From the NCBI RefSeq assembly GCF_003790525.1, contig NZ_CP033635.1: 64,000 bases of DNA, one strand, 5' to 3'. Each line of letters opens with the position of its first letter. Within the stretch, counting starts at the first letter, position 1. The translations under genes were made by a program, and so were the position numbers. Of this stretch, positions 31,728-44,980 are shown piece after piece. The notes beneath the pieces were generated by a model, which saw nothing but the letters and a program-made list of their open reading frames with translations, had not been told where the DNA came from and ran no database searches. The DNA comes from Escherichia coli (lineage in GTDB: Bacteria; Pseudomonadota; Gammaproteobacteria; Enterobacterales; Enterobacteriaceae).

Positions 31728-33113
31728 TTATTCCTCCAGTTTATGCGCTTTACCGTGGCGATTAAGCCCAAAAATTTTATAAATCGCCGTCACCGCCAGC
31801 ATAAAGATGATGCCGACAAACAGCGACATACGCGTATCTTCATTAAAGTACATGCCGATCAAAACGCAAATCAGGAATGCCATTGTTACGTAGTTGGCCC
31901 ACGGGAACAGGATTGAGCGGAACGGATGGCTGGCAATCGCCGCTTTATGCGCACGACGAAAACGCAGCTGGCTTATCAATATCACAAACCATGGCACCAT
32001 CCCCGGAAGCACGCTGGCACTGTAGACGTAGACAAACACACGCTGCGGATTGGGAATGATGTAGTTCAGGCATGAGCCAATTAACAGGATAGCAATAGAT
32101 ACTGCCACACCCGCAACCGGTACGCCGTGACGGGAAACTTTCGCCATTGCCGCCGGTAACTGACGGTTTTTCGCCAGTGCGTAGAGCATACGTCCGCAAC
32201 TGTACATGCCGCTGTTACAGCCAGAGAGCGCAGCCGTCAGCACCACAAAGTTGATAATACCCGCCGCTGCGGTAATGCCGATTTTGGCGAAAGTCAGTAC
32301 GAACGGGCTGCCGTTGCTGCCTATTTCATTCCACGGGAAGATGGTGACGATAACGAAAATCGCGCCTACGTAGAAAATCAGGATTCGCCACAGCACCTTG
32401 CCTACGGCACTGCGCAGCGTCACCTGCGGATTCTTCGCTTCACCGGCAGTAATGCCAATCAGCTCCACGCCCTGGTAGGACGCCACCACAATACACAGCG
32501 CGGTCAGGAACCCTTTCCAGCCCCCCGCAAAGAAACCGCCATGCTCTGTGAGATTGCTAAAACCAATCGACTGCCCGCCATTGCCAAAGCCAAAGAAAAT
32601 CACGCCCAGGCCAATGACAATCATCACGATAATCGTGGTGACTTTGATCATCGCAAACCAGAACTCGATTTCGCCGTACAACCGCACCGCCGCCAGATTC
32701 GCCAATGCTACCAGCGCCACCGCGATCAATGCCGGTATCCATTGCGCCATCTCCGGGAACCAGAACTGGACATAAACGCCAATGGCGGTGATTTCTGAGA
32801 TCCCCACCGCCATCCACATAAACCAGTAAGACCAGGCGGTGAGATAGCCAAAAAACGGGCTCATATAACGATGCGCATAAACGGCGAACGAACCGGTAAC
32901 AGGTTCGAGGAACAACATTTCGCCCATTGAACGCATGATGAAAAAGACGAATAGCCCGGCGATGATATAGGCCAACAATACGGATGGCCCGGCCCATTTC
33001 AGGGTACTGGCGGCCCCCATAAACAGGCCGACGCCAATGGTGCCCCCCAGGGCGATGAGTTCGATATGTCGAGCCTCCAGCCCACGCTGTAGCTCTGGTT
33101 TGTTATCTGCCAT
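31728..33113 (-). CDS. yifK: APC-family amino acid permease YifK
   Basis: 461-aa polytopic membrane protein [31 protein letters not shown]. Confidence 0.9.
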   Translation of the reverse strand: MADNKPELQRGLEARHIELIALGGTIGVGLFMGAASTLKWAGPSVLLAYIIAGLFVFFIMRSMGEMLFLEPVTGSFAVYAHRYMSPFFGYLTAWSYWFMWMAVGISEITAIGVYVQFWFPEMAQWIPALIAVALVALANLAAVRLYGEIEFWFAMIKVTTIIVMIVIGLGVIFFGFGNGGQSIGFSNLTEHGGFFAGGWKGFLTALCIVVASYQGVELIGITAGEAKNPQVTLRSAVGKVLWRILIFYVGAIFVIVTIFPWNEIGSNGSPFVLTFAKIGITAAAGIINFVVLTAALSGCNSGMYSCGRMLYALAKNRQLPAAMAKVSRHGVPVAGVAVSIAILLIGSCLNYIIPNPQRVFVYVYSASVLPGMVPWFVILISQLRFRRAHKAAIASHPFRSILFPWANYVTMAFLICVLIGMYFNEDTRMSLFVGIIFMLAVTAIYKIFGLNRHGKAHKLEE

Positions 33114-33303
33114 AAATCCTCGTGTTGTGTTTGCATGCTTTCCGGTGTTACCGGTTATCGTTATGGGTACATCGAGTGTTGCGAATGTTTTCGTAATTCA
33201 GGAGAAATGGCAAATAAAGCATTAAAAATTTGAATGCTTTGTGTAATAAAAAAGCAGGAAGGCGACGAAGTGACCACTCCGTCGCTTTACAAAGAGAGGA
33301 AAA

Positions 33304-34044
33304 TCAGAGGTTGCCGGTGTAGTGCCAGCGTAAATAACGCAGCAAACGAAGCTGACGCTTAATGCGGCTCGGCTGCGAAAGCAGGCGGTAGAGCCACTCC
33401 AGCCCCAGCGTTTGCCAGATTTTCGGTGCGCGTTTTACGTGACCGGTGAAAACATCGTAAGTCCCGCCAACGCCCATATACAGCGCATCCGGATGCACCA
33501 GACGGCAGTCGCGCATGAAGATCTCCTGCTTTGGCGATCCCATCGCAACGGTGACGATTTGCGCTCCGCTGGCATGAATGCGTTCAAACAGCGCCTGACG
33601 CTGCTCGGGTTTAAAATAACCATCCTGACTGCCAACGATATTCACATTCCACTGGTTGCGCAGTTTAGCTTCAGTTTGCGCCAGCACTTCAGGTTTACCG
33701 CCCACAAGAAATACCGGCGTCCCTTCTTTGCCTGCGCGCGCCATCAGCTCTTCCCAGAGATCGGCCCCGGCAACGCGGGAAACCTGCGCCTGCGGGTACT
33801 TTTTACGTACTGAACGTACAACGCTGATGCCATCCGCATATTTAAATTCGGCAGCGTTAATTAACTCCCTGACCTCAGCATTATCTTCAATGGTCAGCAT
33901 TTTTTCAGCATTAATGGCAACCAGCGTTCCCTGCTTAAGCTGCCCGTCAGCGAACAGATAATCGAGGGCGTGCTGCATATCACGCCAACCGATCAACTGT
34001 AAGCCACGCAGCGTATAGGTCGGTGCCGTGGTGTTGTTATTCAT
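33304..34044 (-). CDS. wecG: UDP-N-acetyl-D-mannosaminuronic acid transferase (ECA biosynthesis)
   Basis: 246-aa ORF at the end of the enterobacterial common antigen (ECA) cluster. Confidence 0.9.
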
Positions 34045-34046
34045 TG

Positions 34047-35399
34047 TTATCCTTCAACCTGCGTCCGGAGCGATGATTTTGTTCGTTTATGAATGAGTCC
34101 GGCGCTTTCAAAAAGCCAGTACAACAGTTTTGCGATCATCAGACATGCGCCGAAGACCACGATAAAAAAGACCACGCGTGAGACAAACGAATCCAGCCCT
34201 TCACGCGCCAGCACGATCATATTGAAGATCGCCCCGAAGCAGAAACTGTGCAATATCGCAGCCTTATAGCGATTAGTCTCGCGGTTGCCCAGCTCATACA
34301 GCCAGTCGAACCATTTGATGATCAGTCCAACAACAATCGCCCCGAGCGGGATGAACAACGCGCCGCCCATCACCACCAGTGAGCCTATAAGCGTAGGCGA
34401 GATCGCCAGTCCGGAGTGGTTATTCAGCACTTCCCAGGTAAAGTAGTTGGCGGAGTTCAGTACCATACTCGGGCGACCCGGCCACAGCCAGGAAGGGATA
34501 AAGACATAGAAATCGCGGACAATGGGAGCCAGGCCCTGGAAGTCGATGTTGTCGTAGTTCTGCAGCAGCAATGCCAGATTCTCCCACGGCGAAAAGGTAT
34601 CGCGGGTGAGATAGAGAAACGTATAGAACGCTTCATCACCGCTCACATTCATTCCATAGCGTTTTAGCGCCAGCCAGAACATGCCCACAATCCCCAGCAC
34701 GCCCGCCGCCGCCAGCATCCACAACGAAATCCAGCCGCGAATAATGCCAATAAACAGGAAGATAGCGAATGCGATGATGATATTGGCGCGAGTGCCGCCG
34801 ACAATCATATAAGTCAGCAAGCCAAAAGCGACCGTGCTGACGAGGAAAAACAGCCACGCTTTGCTGTCCTGGCGCAGAAAGTAGACCACCAGCATCGCCG
34901 GGATGAAAAAGTAAAAGAAGCGTTTTAATGCCACGCCGGAGACTTCGCTGGAAAAGATCTGACTGTAAGAATTAAGCCGGAACAGCAAAAAGCCGTTGTG
35001 CATGAAGAAGATGCCGACGCTCACCAGCGCGATGCCCATCAGGATCACCCACGTGAGATTGGTCTCCACGCGGTTCATGGTAAACAGCGGACGGCGCGGT
35101 GCATCAGCAACGCGTTTGCGTAGACGGGTTTTGTAGGTGACATAGTAAACCGCGTAGAAGCAGCCTGCAGAAAGCAACGCCTGCAACAAGATTTCTGGCG
35201 GCGCGACACCAACATCAAAGCGAAATACCAGCACGCTGGTCAGCGGAAAGCCGAAGAAAAAGGTGAGCAAAAACAGCAATGAAAAGAAGACATTGAAGTT
35301 AAAGCGCACACGGCGAAACTCAAACCAGGTCAGCGTGGCAATAAACAGCGTGCAGAGCAGCCAGACAACAAAAAGGCCACTGAATTGCAGCAGACTCAT
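34047..35399 (-). CDS. wzyE: ECA polysaccharide polymerase
   Basis: 450-aa polytopic membrane protein; 2 nt upstream of wecG. Confidence 0.9.
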
Positions 35400-36475
35400 G
35401 CGACCTCCCCGGTGGCAATCGCCAACGCCCGCTGCCAGCCTTGTAGATAGTTAGGGCTAAAGAAGGCAATGGTGTTTTTATCCACCGACGCCAGCTGGCG
35501 CTGCGCTTCACGCACAATATCCTCGTTGAGATCGTCGGTAGTAAACAGCACCGGCAAATGTTGTTCCGTCATATCCTGCCAGAACGGATTTTCCCGGTTA
35601 AGCACACAAGGAATGCCCGCCTGAATCAGTAAGCACAGCGTACCAATGCCCTGCTGGCGGGCAAAAATAAAGTAACCAAGATCGCACTGACGAAGTAGCG
35701 TCAGATAGGCGTCAAATTCCAGTTTTTCGCTCAGAACTTGCAGATTTTCTTCGCTGAATAACTCCAGCCCCGCCTGACGAACTTCCTCGATGTACGCTTC
35801 GTTATTAGGCGGATATCCCATCGGCACCACCACTTTTACCGTATCGCCAAATTGCTGATGAACGGCGCGCAAGGCAGCAATATGCTCATTGCTGCGGTCG
35901 CCGGAGTTGCCCACCAGAATGGTCATTTTTCCTTCACGTTGCCGATCGTTCGCCATCGTATTGAGAGAAGGATCCATCCGCGTCGGGAAGTACAGCAGTT
36001 CGCCCCGCACCTTTGGGTGCGTTTTGGCAAAAAAGCTCAAATCACCGCGGGTGGCAAATACACAGCCGACTCGCTTTTGCGCCAGGCGACGTAGTGGGTA
36101 AAAAAGCTTATATCTCAAGCCACTGGAAAGCTCGTACAGGTCTGCCCCCCAGATATGCCAGTAAAACTGGCTGGGCTTAATACCACCACTCAGCAGAGCC
36201 AGCCACAGTGTGGGATTGAACTGACCGTGGAAAAAAAAACGCTGCTGACGGTTAGCTTTTGCTTTCGCGATGACCGCTTCCGCCAGCGATTTTTTCCCAG
36301 GGAAAAATTGCACAGAAAGCGTCGGACAGCTATCACTTAAACCGTCGTCCTTGCCAACAACCATAAACTCGCGCGCGTGCTCGCTCGTCGCGGCCAGCGC
36401 GTCATTGAAAAACCGCAAAACGGTTCGGTTATGGTGAGGGATATCCGATCCCAGTACGTGAATCAGTACAGTCAT
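35396..36475 (-). CDS. wecF: TDP-Fuc4NAc:lipid II Fuc4NAc transferase
   Basis: 359-aa ORF; 4-nt overlaps with both neighbours. Confidence 0.9.
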   Translation of the reverse strand: MTVLIHVLGSDIPHHNRTVLRFFNDALAATSEHAREFMVVGKDDGLSDSCPTLSVQFFPGKKSLAEAVIAKAKANRQQRFFFHGQFNPTLWLALLSGGIKPSQFYWHIWGADLYELSSGLRYKLFYPLRRLAQKRVGCVFATRGDLSFFAKTHPKVRGELLYFPTRMDPSLNTMANDRQREGKMTILVGNSGDRSNEHIAALRAVHQQFGDTVKVVVPMGYPPNNEAYIEEVRQAGLELFSEENLQVLSEKLEFDAYLTLLRQCDLGYFIFARQQGIGTLCLLIQAGIPCVLNRENPFWQDMTEQHLPVLFTTDDLNEDIVREAQRQLASVDKNTIAFFSPNYLQGWQRALAIATGEVA

Positions 36476-37722
36476 GCCCGCCTACGCCAGAGTAAAAACA
36501 CGCCACAACAAAGAGAAAAATAGACGATATAGGTTGCCATATAGGCCTGCGCCGCGCCCAGTGCACCATGCGCAGGGATTAGCCAGTGGGAAAATACCAT
36601 CAATAAAGTGAACTGGCTGACTTCCGCCAGAATATAAAACCGCAGTGACGCTTTGGCGATCACCAGATAACCAAAGACATAAGCGCCCACTTTTAACACA
36701 TCACCTACCAACTGCCAGGCAAAGAGATCGCGCATAGCGGTAAATTTATTCGACAACAGCAGCCAGATAGCAAAATCACGCAGCAACCAGACGGAAAAAC
36801 TCGCCGCCGCCACTGCCGGTAAGACGAATTTCAGCGATTTAACCACTTCCCGGGTGATATCGCGCTTTTCCGTTAGCCGCGACAACGTGGGCAGCAAATA
36901 TACGCTGAACGATGCCGTAATAAATTGCAGGTAGGCATCGGAAATACTGCTCACCCCTTGCCAGATCCCCACTTCATCCCAGCTATACTGCGCCGCCAGC
37001 AGTTTACGCATCATGATGTAAGCAACAGGCAAGGTTACCGACGTAATCAACGCCATGAGCGTAAATTTGCTCAACTGCCCTGCCAGGCCGTTATCCCAGC
37101 TGGGTTTCAGATAGCTTAACGGGATTGCACCACGCTTAATTAGCATGATGACGGCAGGAATCACCACCAGCGCGGGAATCAACGCCAGCCCCAGCAACGC
37201 CCCTTCATAACCGCCCAAACGGTAACTGACGTAGTACGCAAGAACGCCAATCAGGCTGCCGACAATCAGGGATAACGCATTACCTGCGGCATCGCGAAAG
37301 CCTTTCATCAACGCCAGTAACAGGTTGCCCCAGGCGATCCCCATTTGCACCAACGCCACTAAACGCACCAGCCCCTGATAGTCGGTATTACCGAACAATC
37401 CCTGGCTGATTGGCGCAGCTGCCAGCACAAAAACCAGCGCCATTAGCATAGAGAAGCCAAGTACCATCGCTGATGAAGTGCCGACCACGCGGCGCAATTG
37501 TTGGGGATTATCATGGTACTGGGCAACGTATTTGGTTACGCCGTTAAAGATGCCTGCCCCGGCAAGCACGCCGAGCACGGTAATCAACTGGCGGAAATTT
37601 GCCGCCAGCCCAAGCCCCGCCGGACCAAATGACACTGCCAGCAACTTACCGACCAGTAACCCGGCACCAATCTTGACCAGTGTACTGGCCGCCGTCCACA
37701 AGGACGCTTTTGCCAACGACAT
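36472..37722 (-). CDS. wzxE: ECA lipid III flippase (Wzx family)
   Basis: 416-aa polytopic membrane protein. Confidence 0.9.
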   Translation of the reverse strand: MSLAKASLWTAASTLVKIGAGLLVGKLLAVSFGPAGLGLAANFRQLITVLGVLAGAGIFNGVTKYVAQYHDNPQQLRRVVGTSSAMVLGFSMLMALVFVLAAAPISQGLFGNTDYQGLVRLVALVQMGIAWGNLLLALMKGFRDAAGNALSLIVGSLIGVLAYYVSYRLGGYEGALLGLALIPALVVIPAVIMLIKRGAIPLSYLKPSWDNGLAGQLSKFTLMALITSVTLPVAYIMMRKLLAAQYSWDEVGIWQGVSSISDAYLQFITASFSVYLLPTLSRLTEKRDITREVVKSLKFVLPAVAAASFSVWLLRDFAIWLLLSNKFTAMRDLFAWQLVGDVLKVGAYVFGYLVIAKASLRFYILAEVSQFTLLMVFSHWLIPAHGALGAAQAYMATYIVYFSLCCGVFLLWRRRA

Positions 37723-37723
37723 A

Positions 37724-38854
37724 TCAGGAGAAGTAGTTCAACAAGGTCGCAATTACCGTACGCTGATTGACGGGCGACAGGTTGTAGAACAACGGCAGGC
37801 GCAGCAGGCGCTCGCTCTCTTTGGTGGTGTAGCGATCTTCACCGTGGAACTCACCAAAGCGCTCCCCCGCAGGGCAACCGTGCAGCGGAATGTAATGGAA
37901 CACCGCCATGATTTCCGCTTCTTTCAGAAAGTTAATCAACGCGCTCCGGTCATCAATATCCCGCAGTTTAATGTAGAACATATGCGCGTTCTGCACGCAG
38001 CCATCGGGAATCGACGGCAGCTCGATACGCCCGGCTTTCGCCAGAGGCGCTAACGCATCGTAGTAGTTTTGCCACAGCGCCAGACGCTGCTGATTGATAC
38101 GTTCAGCGGCTTCCAGTTGCGCCCAAAGGTACGCTGCTTGCAGATCGGACATCAAATAGCTGGAGCCAATATCGCGCCAGGTATATTTATCGACCTGACC
38201 ACGGAAGAACTGGCTGCGGTTTGTGCCTTTTTCACGGATGATCTCGGCTCGTTCGATCAACGCTTTATCGTTAATCAGCGTCGCGCCGCCTTCACCGCCC
38301 GCCGTGTAGTTTTTGGTTTCATGGAAGCTAAAGCAGCCAATATGACCAATGGTTCCCAGTGCACGCCCTTTGTAAGTGGACATCACGCCCTGAGCGGCAT
38401 CTTCCACCACAAATAGATTATGCTTCTTCGCCAACGCCATAATAGTGTCCATTTCGCAGGCCACACCCGCGTAATGAACCGGCACGATAACGCGCGTTTT
38501 GTCGGTGATCGCCGCTTCAATCAGCGTTTCGTCGATGTTCATGGTGTCCGGGCGAACATCCACAAAAACGATTTTTGCGCCACGCAGCACAAAGGCATTG
38601 GCGGTGGAGACAAAGGTGTAGCTCGGCATGATCACTTCATCGCCAGGCTGGATATCGAGCAGCAGCGCCGCCATCTCCAGCGAAGCGGTGCAGGATGGCG
38701 TCAGTAACACTTTGGCGCTGCCAAAACGTTGCTCCAGCCACTGCTGGCAGCGACGGGTAAAACCACCATCGCCGCACAGTTTGCCGCTACCCATTGCCGA
38801 CTGCATATAGTCGAGTTCGGTTCCCACCACCGGCGGTGCGTTAAATGGAATCAT
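37724..38854 (-). CDS. wecE: dTDP-4-amino-4,6-dideoxygalactose transaminase (DegT/PLP-dependent)
   Basis: 376-aa ORF with aminotransferase features. Confidence 0.92.
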   Translation of the reverse strand: MIPFNAPPVVGTELDYMQSAMGSGKLCGDGGFTRRCQQWLEQRFGSAKVLLTPSCTASLEMAALLLDIQPGDEVIMPSYTFVSTANAFVLRGAKIVFVDVRPDTMNIDETLIEAAITDKTRVIVPVHYAGVACEMDTIMALAKKHNLFVVEDAAQGVMSTYKGRALGTIGHIGCFSFHETKNYTAGGEGGATLINDKALIERAEIIREKGTNRSQFFRGQVDKYTWRDIGSSYLMSDLQAAYLWAQLEAAERINQQRLALWQNYYDALAPLAKAGRIELPSIPDGCVQNAHMFYIKLRDIDDRSALINFLKEAEIMAVFHYIPLHGCPAGERFGEFHGEDRYTTKESERLLRLPLFYNLSPVNQRTVIATLLNYFS

Positions 38855-38858
38855 GTGA

Positions 38859-39533
38859 TCACCTGTATAACCAGTACGTGGTGCTTTCTACATTCGCACC
38901 ACTTTGTATGTATCGTTTAAGCGCGGCGGTGTTGCCCATCTGGGTCGCCACCCGCAAAGTTGTTTTACCGCGAGCATACGCCCAGTTTAGCGCCGTTTGC
39001 ATTAGCTCAGCACCTGCACCGCGTCCAGCCAGCAGGCCAATTCGCGCATCTGTCGCATTGAGTTCCCGTAAAGAGACATAACCGCGAATATCGCCGGACG
39101 CCGCACGTAAAATCAGACATTGATGATCAAAGGTGCCGCGCACGGCATTTTCAATCCACTGTGCATAAAAGCGACCGCTGGCGTCAGGCGCATACCACGG
39201 CGCACGAAAACGGCTTTGCGCAAATGCGGCGCTGGCTAACTGACGTAATGCGGGAATATCGGTCTCTTGTGCCACTACTGCACCGCTATCACTGACATTG
39301 TTCACGGGTAGTGCCAAATCAACTTCACCTTCTACCAGGGAGAATCCCAGCTGTTGCAGGGCATCCAGTTCACCCGTATTTGATGCCGCAATTTTGGCCT
39401 GCACCCGTGACCACGGCGCTAACGCGTCTGGCGTCAGGAGCGGTGCTTCAGACGTAATGCGCACGATGGCGCTGTTAACACCAAAGAAGGCGTTTTCCCA
39501 GGTTAGTGGCTCAATACTGGCGCGGACGGGCAC
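38859..39533 (-). CDS. wecD: dTDP-fucosamine acetyltransferase (GNAT)
   Basis: 224-aa ORF; its 5' end overlaps the rffH 3' end by 23 nt. Confidence 0.85.
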   Translation of the reverse strand: MPVRASIEPLTWENAFFGVNSAIVRITSEAPLLTPDALAPWSRVQAKIAASNTGELDALQQLGFSLVEGEVDLALPVNNVSDSGAVVAQETDIPALRQLASAAFAQSRFRAPWYAPDASGRFYAQWIENAVRGTFDHQCLILRAASGDIRGYVSLRELNATDARIGLLAGRGAGAELMQTALNWAYARGKTTLRVATQMGNTAALKRYIQSGANVESTTYWLYR

Positions 39534-40392
39534 GAAGTAACTCCAGCAGATATTGGCCGTAGCCAGTTTTCGCTAATGAACTGGCAGCACGCTTCACACC
39601 CTCGTCATCGAGCCAGCCGTTACGCCAGGCAATCTCTTCCAGGCAGGCAATCTTAAAGCCCTGGCGTTTTTCCACCGTCTGTACAAAGGTGCTGGCTTCA
39701 ATCAGGCTGTCGTGAGTGCCAGTGTCCAGCCAGGCAAATCCGCGCCCAAGCAGTTCAACGGTCAGGTTGCCCGCCTCGAGGTACATCTGGTTGATGGAGG
39801 TAATCTCCAGCTCACCCCGCTCCGACGGCTTCACCTGCTTTGCGTACTCCACGACTTTACTGTCGTAGAAATAAAGCCCGGTCACCGCCCAGTTTGATTT
39901 CGGCTGTTTTGGTTTTTCTTCCAGCGAGATAGCGCGGAAATTGTCGTCAAACTCCACGACGCCAAAGCGTTCCGGGTCCATCACCTGATAGCCAAATACC
40001 GTCGCCCCTTCCGTGCGCGCCGCAACATGACGCAGCTTCGGACTGAAGCCCTGTCCGAAGAAAATGTTATCGCCCAGCACCAGACAAGAAGGTTCACCGT
40101 TGAGGAAAGTTTCACCGATGATAAAGGCCTGCGCCAGACCGTCCGGGCTGGGCTGTTCGGCATATTCCAGCTGGATACCGAACTCACTACCATCGCCCAG
40201 CAGGCGCTGGAAATAACCTTTATCTTCCGGCGTAGTGATGATGAGAATTTCGCGGATACCGGCCAACATCAGCACCGACAGCGGATAGTAAATCATTGGC
40301 TTATCGTAAATCGGCAACAGTTGCTTCGATACGCCGCGCGTAATCGGATGCAATCGGGTGCCGGAACCGCCCGCCAGGATAATACCTTTCAT
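39511..40392 (-). CDS. rffH: Glucose-1-phosphate thymidylyltransferase 2
   Basis: 293-aa [42 protein letters not shown] (nucleotidyltransferase G-rich loop). Confidence 0.92.
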   Translation of the reverse strand: MKGIILAGGSGTRLHPITRGVSKQLLPIYDKPMIYYPLSVLMLAGIREILIITTPEDKGYFQRLLGDGSEFGIQLEYAEQPSPDGLAQAFIIGETFLNGEPSCLVLGDNIFFGQGFSPKLRHVAARTEGATVFGYQVMDPERFGVVEFDDNFRAISLEEKPKQPKSNWAVTGLYFYDSKVVEYAKQVKPSERGELEITSINQMYLEAGNLTVELLGRGFAWLDTGTHDSLIEASTFVQTVEKRQGFKIACLEEIAWRNGWLDDEGVKRAASSLAKTGYGQYLLELLRARPRQY

Positions 40393-40410
40393 GTTTGCCT
40401 CCGCTGAAAA

Positions 40411-41478
40411 TTAGCCTTTCAGACCTAAACGCTCGCCCTGATAGCTGCCGTCCTGCACCTGCTTCCACCAGCTTTCATTAGCCAGATACCACTGCACCGT
40501 TTTACGCATTCCACTTTCAAAGGTTTCCTGCGGCAGCCAGCCAAGTTCACGGGCAATTTTCGAAGCATCAATGGCATAACGCAGATCATGCCCCGGACGG
40601 TCAGCGACAAAGGTGATCAGGTCACGATAGTGCGCCACGCCGTGCGGCTTGTTCGGAGCCAGTTCTTCCAGCAGCTCGCAAATGGTTTCCACAACATCGA
40701 GATTCTTACGCTCGTTGTGACCACCAATATTATAGGTTTCACCGACTTTCCCGGTGGTCGCCACGCAATACAGCGCGCGGGCGTGATCTTCAACATACAG
40801 CCAGTCACGGATTTGCTGCCCGTTGCCATATACCGGCAGCGGTTTACCCGCCAGCGCGTTGAGGATCATCAGCGGGATCAGTTTTTCCGGAAAGTGGTAA
40901 GGGCCGTAGTTATTCGAGCAGTTGGTGATAAGCGTCGGCAGACCATAGGTCCGCAGCCAGGCGCGTACCAGATGGTCACTGCTGGCTTTTGAAGCGGAAT
41001 AAGGGCTGCTCGGCGCATACGGCGTGGTTTCGGTGAAGAAATCATCCGTCGAGTGCAGGTCACCATATACTTCGTCGGTGGAGATATGATGAAAACGGAA
41101 CGCTGATTTTTTATCTTCCGTCAGCGCATTCCAGTAAGTCCGCGCCGCTTCAAGCAATGTATAAGTCCCGACAATGTTGGTTTCAATAAACGCTGCCGGG
41201 CCGTCAATAGAACGGTCAACATGGCTTTCGGCTGCCAGATGCATGACACAGTCTGGCTGATGCTCAGTGAATACGCGCGCCAGTTCTGCCCGATCGCAGA
41301 TATCAACTTTCTCAAAGGCAAAGCGCTCGCTTTGCGCGACCGGTGCCAGCGACATCAGATTTCCGGCGTAGGTCAGCTTATCGACCACTACCACCGCGTC
41401 GCTCGTTTCGTTGATGATATAACGCACCAGCGCCGAGCCAATAAACCCGGCACCACCTGTTATCAGAATCTTTCTCAT
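40411..41478 (-). CDS. rffG: dTDP-glucose 4,6-dehydratase 2
   Basis: ORF trimmed to [20 protein letters not shown] (Rossmann GxxGxxG), 355 aa. Confidence 0.92.
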   Translation of the reverse strand: MRKILITGGAGFIGSALVRYIINETSDAVVVVDKLTYAGNLMSLAPVAQSERFAFEKVDICDRAELARVFTEHQPDCVMHLAAESHVDRSIDGPAAFIETNIVGTYTLLEAARTYWNALTEDKKSAFRFHHISTDEVYGDLHSTDDFFTETTPYAPSSPYSASKASSDHLVRAWLRTYGLPTLITNCSNNYGPYHFPEKLIPLMILNALAGKPLPVYGNGQQIRDWLYVEDHARALYCVATTGKVGETYNIGGHNERKNLDVVETICELLEELAPNKPHGVAHYRDLITFVADRPGHDLRYAIDASKIARELGWLPQETFESGMRKTVQWYLANESWWKQVQDGSYQGERLGLKG

Positions 41479-42740
41479 CAGCGCCAAACTCCTTTGGCAT
41501 CGACGACATACTGCTGATGGACATTGTCGCCATTGATAACTTTGAACTGACTATGATCGACCAGCATCACCAGCACGTCTGCCGTTGCCAGCGCCTCGTC
41601 AAGCTGCGCCAGAGTACAAAGCCCGGTCAGTTTTTTCGGCAACTGGTGGATGTTAGGCTCAACAACCAGCGTTTCGCCGCTATGCCACTGGGCGAGCAGT
41701 TCAGCGATTTCCATCGCCGGGCTTTCGCGCAGGTCATCAATATTCGGTTTAAACGCCAGACCAAAGCAGGCGATTTTCAGTTCACTGGCGCGTTTATCGG
41801 TAGCAGCAAGGCAGTCGGCAACCGCCGCTTTCACCTGATCGATAACCCAGAACGGTTTGTGATCGTTCACTTCGCGCGCGGTACGGATAAGCCGCGCCTG
41901 CTGCGGGTTCTGTGCCACGATAAACCACGGATCAACAGCAATGCAGTGACCGCCCACGCCAGGACCAGGCTGAAGAATATTAACGCGAGGGTGACGATTC
42001 GCCAGGCGAATCAGTTCCCAGACGTTAATTCCCTGATCGGCACAAATCAGCGACAGTTCGTTAGCAAAAGCGATATTCACATCGCGGAAGCTGTTTTCGG
42101 TGAGCTTACACATTTCCGCCGTCCGCGAGTTAGTGACGACACACTCACCTTCGAGGAAAATTTTGTACAGTTCGCTGGCGCGGGCCGAACAAACCGGCGT
42201 CATACCACCAATCACGCGATCGTTTTTAATCAGCTCGACCATAACCTGGCCCGGTAACACGCGTTCCGGACAGTAAGCAATGTTGACGTCCGCCAACTCG
42301 CCCACCTGCTGTGGGAAAGTGAGATCTGGACGCATCTCTGCTAACCATTCTGCCATCTTCTCGGTTGACCCCACCGGCGAGGTGGATTCAAGGATCACCA
42401 GCGCGCCTTTTTTCAGCACTGGCGCAATGGAGCGAGCAGCCGATTCAACGTAGGTCATATCTGGCTCATGATCGCCTTTAAACGGCGTGGGTACAGCAAT
42501 CAGCCAGGCATCCGCTTCAACTGGCGTCGTGCTCGCTCGTAAAAAACCGCCTTCTACGGCAGTTTTTACTACGCTCGCCAAATCAGGTTCGACGATATGG
42601 ATTTCGCCACGATTGATGGTATCAACCGCGTGTTGGTTGATATCGACACCAATCACCTGTTTTTGCCTTGAGGCAAACGCAGCTGCTGTAGGCAGCCCGA
42701 TGTAACCCAGTCCGATAACAGAAATGGTCGCAAAACTCAT
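41478..42740 (-). CDS. wecC: UDP-N-acetyl-D-mannosamine dehydrogenase
   Basis: 420-aa [26 protein letters not shown] (NAD-binding). Confidence 0.92.
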   Translation of the reverse strand: MSFATISVIGLGYIGLPTAAAFASRQKQVIGVDINQHAVDTINRGEIHIVEPDLASVVKTAVEGGFLRASTTPVEADAWLIAVPTPFKGDHEPDMTYVESAARSIAPVLKKGALVILESTSPVGSTEKMAEWLAEMRPDLTFPQQVGELADVNIAYCPERVLPGQVMVELIKNDRVIGGMTPVCSARASELYKIFLEGECVVTNSRTAEMCKLTENSFRDVNIAFANELSLICADQGINVWELIRLANRHPRVNILQPGPGVGGHCIAVDPWFIVAQNPQQARLIRTAREVNDHKPFWVIDQVKAAVADCLAATDKRASELKIACFGLAFKPNIDDLRESPAMEIAELLAQWHSGETLVVEPNIHQLPKKLTGLCTLAQLDEALATADVLVMLVDHSQFKVINGDNVHQQYVVDAKGVWR

Positions 42741-43867
42741 AGTGATATCCGATTATTTTTTAACGCTTCCAGAATGCGAGAGCATGCCTGACCATCACCA
42801 TACGGGTTATGGGCGCGGCTCATAGCTTGATATTCGTTTTCGTCTTTTAAAAGACGCGTCACTTCCTCGACAATTCGCTGCTTATCCGTGCCGACCAGAC
42901 GCACCGTCCCCGCTGTCACCGCTTCCGGACGCTCAGTGGTATCGCGCATCACCAGCACCGGTTTCCCCAGCGAAGGCGCTTCTTCCTGAATGCCGCCTGA
43001 GTCGGTCAAAATCAGCCAGGCGTGGTTCATCAGCCAGACAAACGGTAAATACTCCTGGGGATCGATCAGAATGACATTTTTCACATGCCCCAGAATGCGA
43101 TTGACCGGCTCTCTGACGTTCGGGTTGAGATGCACCGGATAGACAATCTGGATGTCCTGGTGCGTGGTGGCGATGTCTGCCAGCGCCTGGCAGATTTCTT
43201 CAAAGCCACGACCGAAGCTCTCACGCCTGTGACCGGTCACCAGAATCATCTTTTTATCGGGGTCGATAAACGGGTAATTTGCCGCCAGTTCTGAACGCAG
43301 CGTGTCGCTGCTCATCACCTGGTCACGCACCCATAACAGTGCATCGATGACAGTATTACCGGTAATGAAGATTCGGCTGTCAGCAACGTTTTCACGCAGC
43401 AAGTTTTGCCGGGAAGTTTCGGTTGGAGAGAAGTGATACATCGCCAGATGCCCGGTCAATGTACGGTTAGCCTCTTCCGGCCACGGCGAATAGAGATCGC
43501 CCGTGCGCAGACCTGCCTCAACGTGACCAACTGGAATACGCTGATAAAACGCCGCCAGGCTGGTTGCCAGCGTCGTCGTAGTATCGCCGTGAACCAGCAC
43601 GACATCTGGTTTGAACTCGGCAAGAATTGGTTTTAGCCCTTCCAGAATCCGACAGGTTATCTCTGTCAGGCCCTGTCCTGGCTGCATTATGTTGAGATCG
43701 TAGTCAGGTACAATGGAAAAGAGTTTCAGCACCTGATCGAGCATCTCCCGATGCTGCGCAGTGACGCAAACTTTAGCCTCAAAAAAAGGATCTTTTGCCA
43801 ACGCATGCACCAACGGAGCCATCTTGATGGCTTCCGGGCGCGTACCAAATACAGTCAGTACTTTCAC
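42737..43867 (-). CDS. wecB: UDP-N-acetylglucosamine 2-epimerase
   Basis: ORF 42737..43912 trimmed to a GTG start giving [19 protein letters not shown] (376 aa). Confidence 0.9.
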   Translation of the reverse strand: MKVLTVFGTRPEAIKMAPLVHALAKDPFFEAKVCVTAQHREMLDQVLKLFSIVPDYDLNIMQPGQGLTEITCRILEGLKPILAEFKPDVVLVHGDTTTTLATSLAAFYQRIPVGHVEAGLRTGDLYSPWPEEANRTLTGHLAMYHFSPTETSRQNLLRENVADSRIFITGNTVIDALLWVRDQVMSSDTLRSELAANYPFIDPDKKMILVTGHRRESFGRGFEEICQALADIATTHQDIQIVYPVHLNPNVREPVNRILGHVKNVILIDPQEYLPFVWLMNHAWLILTDSGGIQEEAPSLGKPVLVMRDTTERPEAVTAGTVRLVGTDKQRIVEEVTRLLKDENEYQAMSRAHNPYGDGQACSRILEALKNNRISL

Positions 43868-43922
43868 ATCGATTCTCTTCGAATAAGCGGCGAGCGCCTT
43901 TGCGCTCACCACAGCAGTGTTG

Positions 43923-44969
43923 CTATTTCGAGCAACGGCGGGTTAATGCGACACCAGCCCCGATCAGTCCCCCGACAATGCCCCACATAATCATCAGGAA
44001 GGCACGACGTGGGCTATCGCGTTTTACCGGTTCTTCCGGCGTACGCAAATAGCGATAGGTCTGAAAACGCGGATCCAGGGTTGGACCAACATTCAGGGTG
44101 TTTAACATGGCCCGATTCTGATCATAGTCGAGATCAAAGGCCGGACCGACGGCCTGTAAATTTTCCAGTCGAGCCTGGAGCATTGGACGCCCAAGCAGGA
44201 ACATTTCTGAATCAGGTAGTTCCTCGGCAGGCACATCTGTCGCACTGCGCGAAATATTATGCTGCTCAGCAATTTTCAGCGCCTGTTCAATACTGTTCAT
44301 CCGGCGATCGTAGATAGCTTTCGCCACCTCTTCCTGACGCTTCACCTGAGCTTTCATCTGGATGGTGCGTGCCGCCCATGCGCCTTTCAGCTCATCATTC
44401 AGATGGCTGGCTGCACGCTGGCTGGCAAAAGCAACATACTGACGTAACAGGTTATTAGCGTCAGGCGCAGTTTCGGCAATCAGCTTCACGCTGTCATTGA
44501 CCGCGCGGGTGAAGTCACCGGGAATAAACACGATGTTGTTGATCATTTCATCCAGCAACGCCGCATCGGCTTTGCTATTGCCCACCATCCGCTGTTTGTA
44601 ATAGTCGGTTTGCAGCCAGAACTCTCTGCGGGTATCCCACGAGGCCAGTTGCATAACAAACTCTTTATAGGCTTCGTCCATGACCGATGGTTGGTCGGCA
44701 GAAGCCATGTTTGAACGGACATCGAGGTTACGCAAAAATTGCTGCTGCGAGTAATATCCCCCCAGCATATTCACCGTTGGACGATCGGTAATCGCCGTTG
44801 CGCTCCACTCCTGTCGAGCAAAAAAAGTATACGCCAGCGCGATTAACGCAAACGCCAGCCCCATGCCAATAATCCACAGCTTCCCAGCCCACAAGGTACG
44901 AAACAACCCACGAATATCCAGTTCATTTTCAGCGTCTTCGGCCGGTTTCCCAGGCATTGGTTGTGTCAT
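43923..44969 (-). CDS. wzzE: ECA chain-length regulator (polysaccharide co-polymerase)
   Basis: 348-aa ORF with N- and C-terminal TM segments flanking a periplasmic domain. Confidence 0.88.
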   Translation of the reverse strand: MTQPMPGKPAEDAENELDIRGLFRTLWAGKLWIIGMGLAFALIALAYTFFARQEWSATAITDRPTVNMLGGYYSQQQFLRNLDVRSNMASADQPSVMDEAYKEFVMQLASWDTRREFWLQTDYYKQRMVGNSKADAALLDEMINNIVFIPGDFTRAVNDSVKLIAETAPDANNLLRQYVAFASQRAASHLNDELKGAWAARTIQMKAQVKRQEEVAKAIYDRRMNSIEQALKIAEQHNISRSATDVPAEELPDSEMFLLGRPMLQARLENLQAVGPAFDLDYDQNRAMLNTLNVGPTLDPRFQTYRYLRTPEEPVKRDSPRRAFLMIMWGIVGGLIGAGVALTRRCSK

Positions 44970-44980
44970 CACATCCTCAT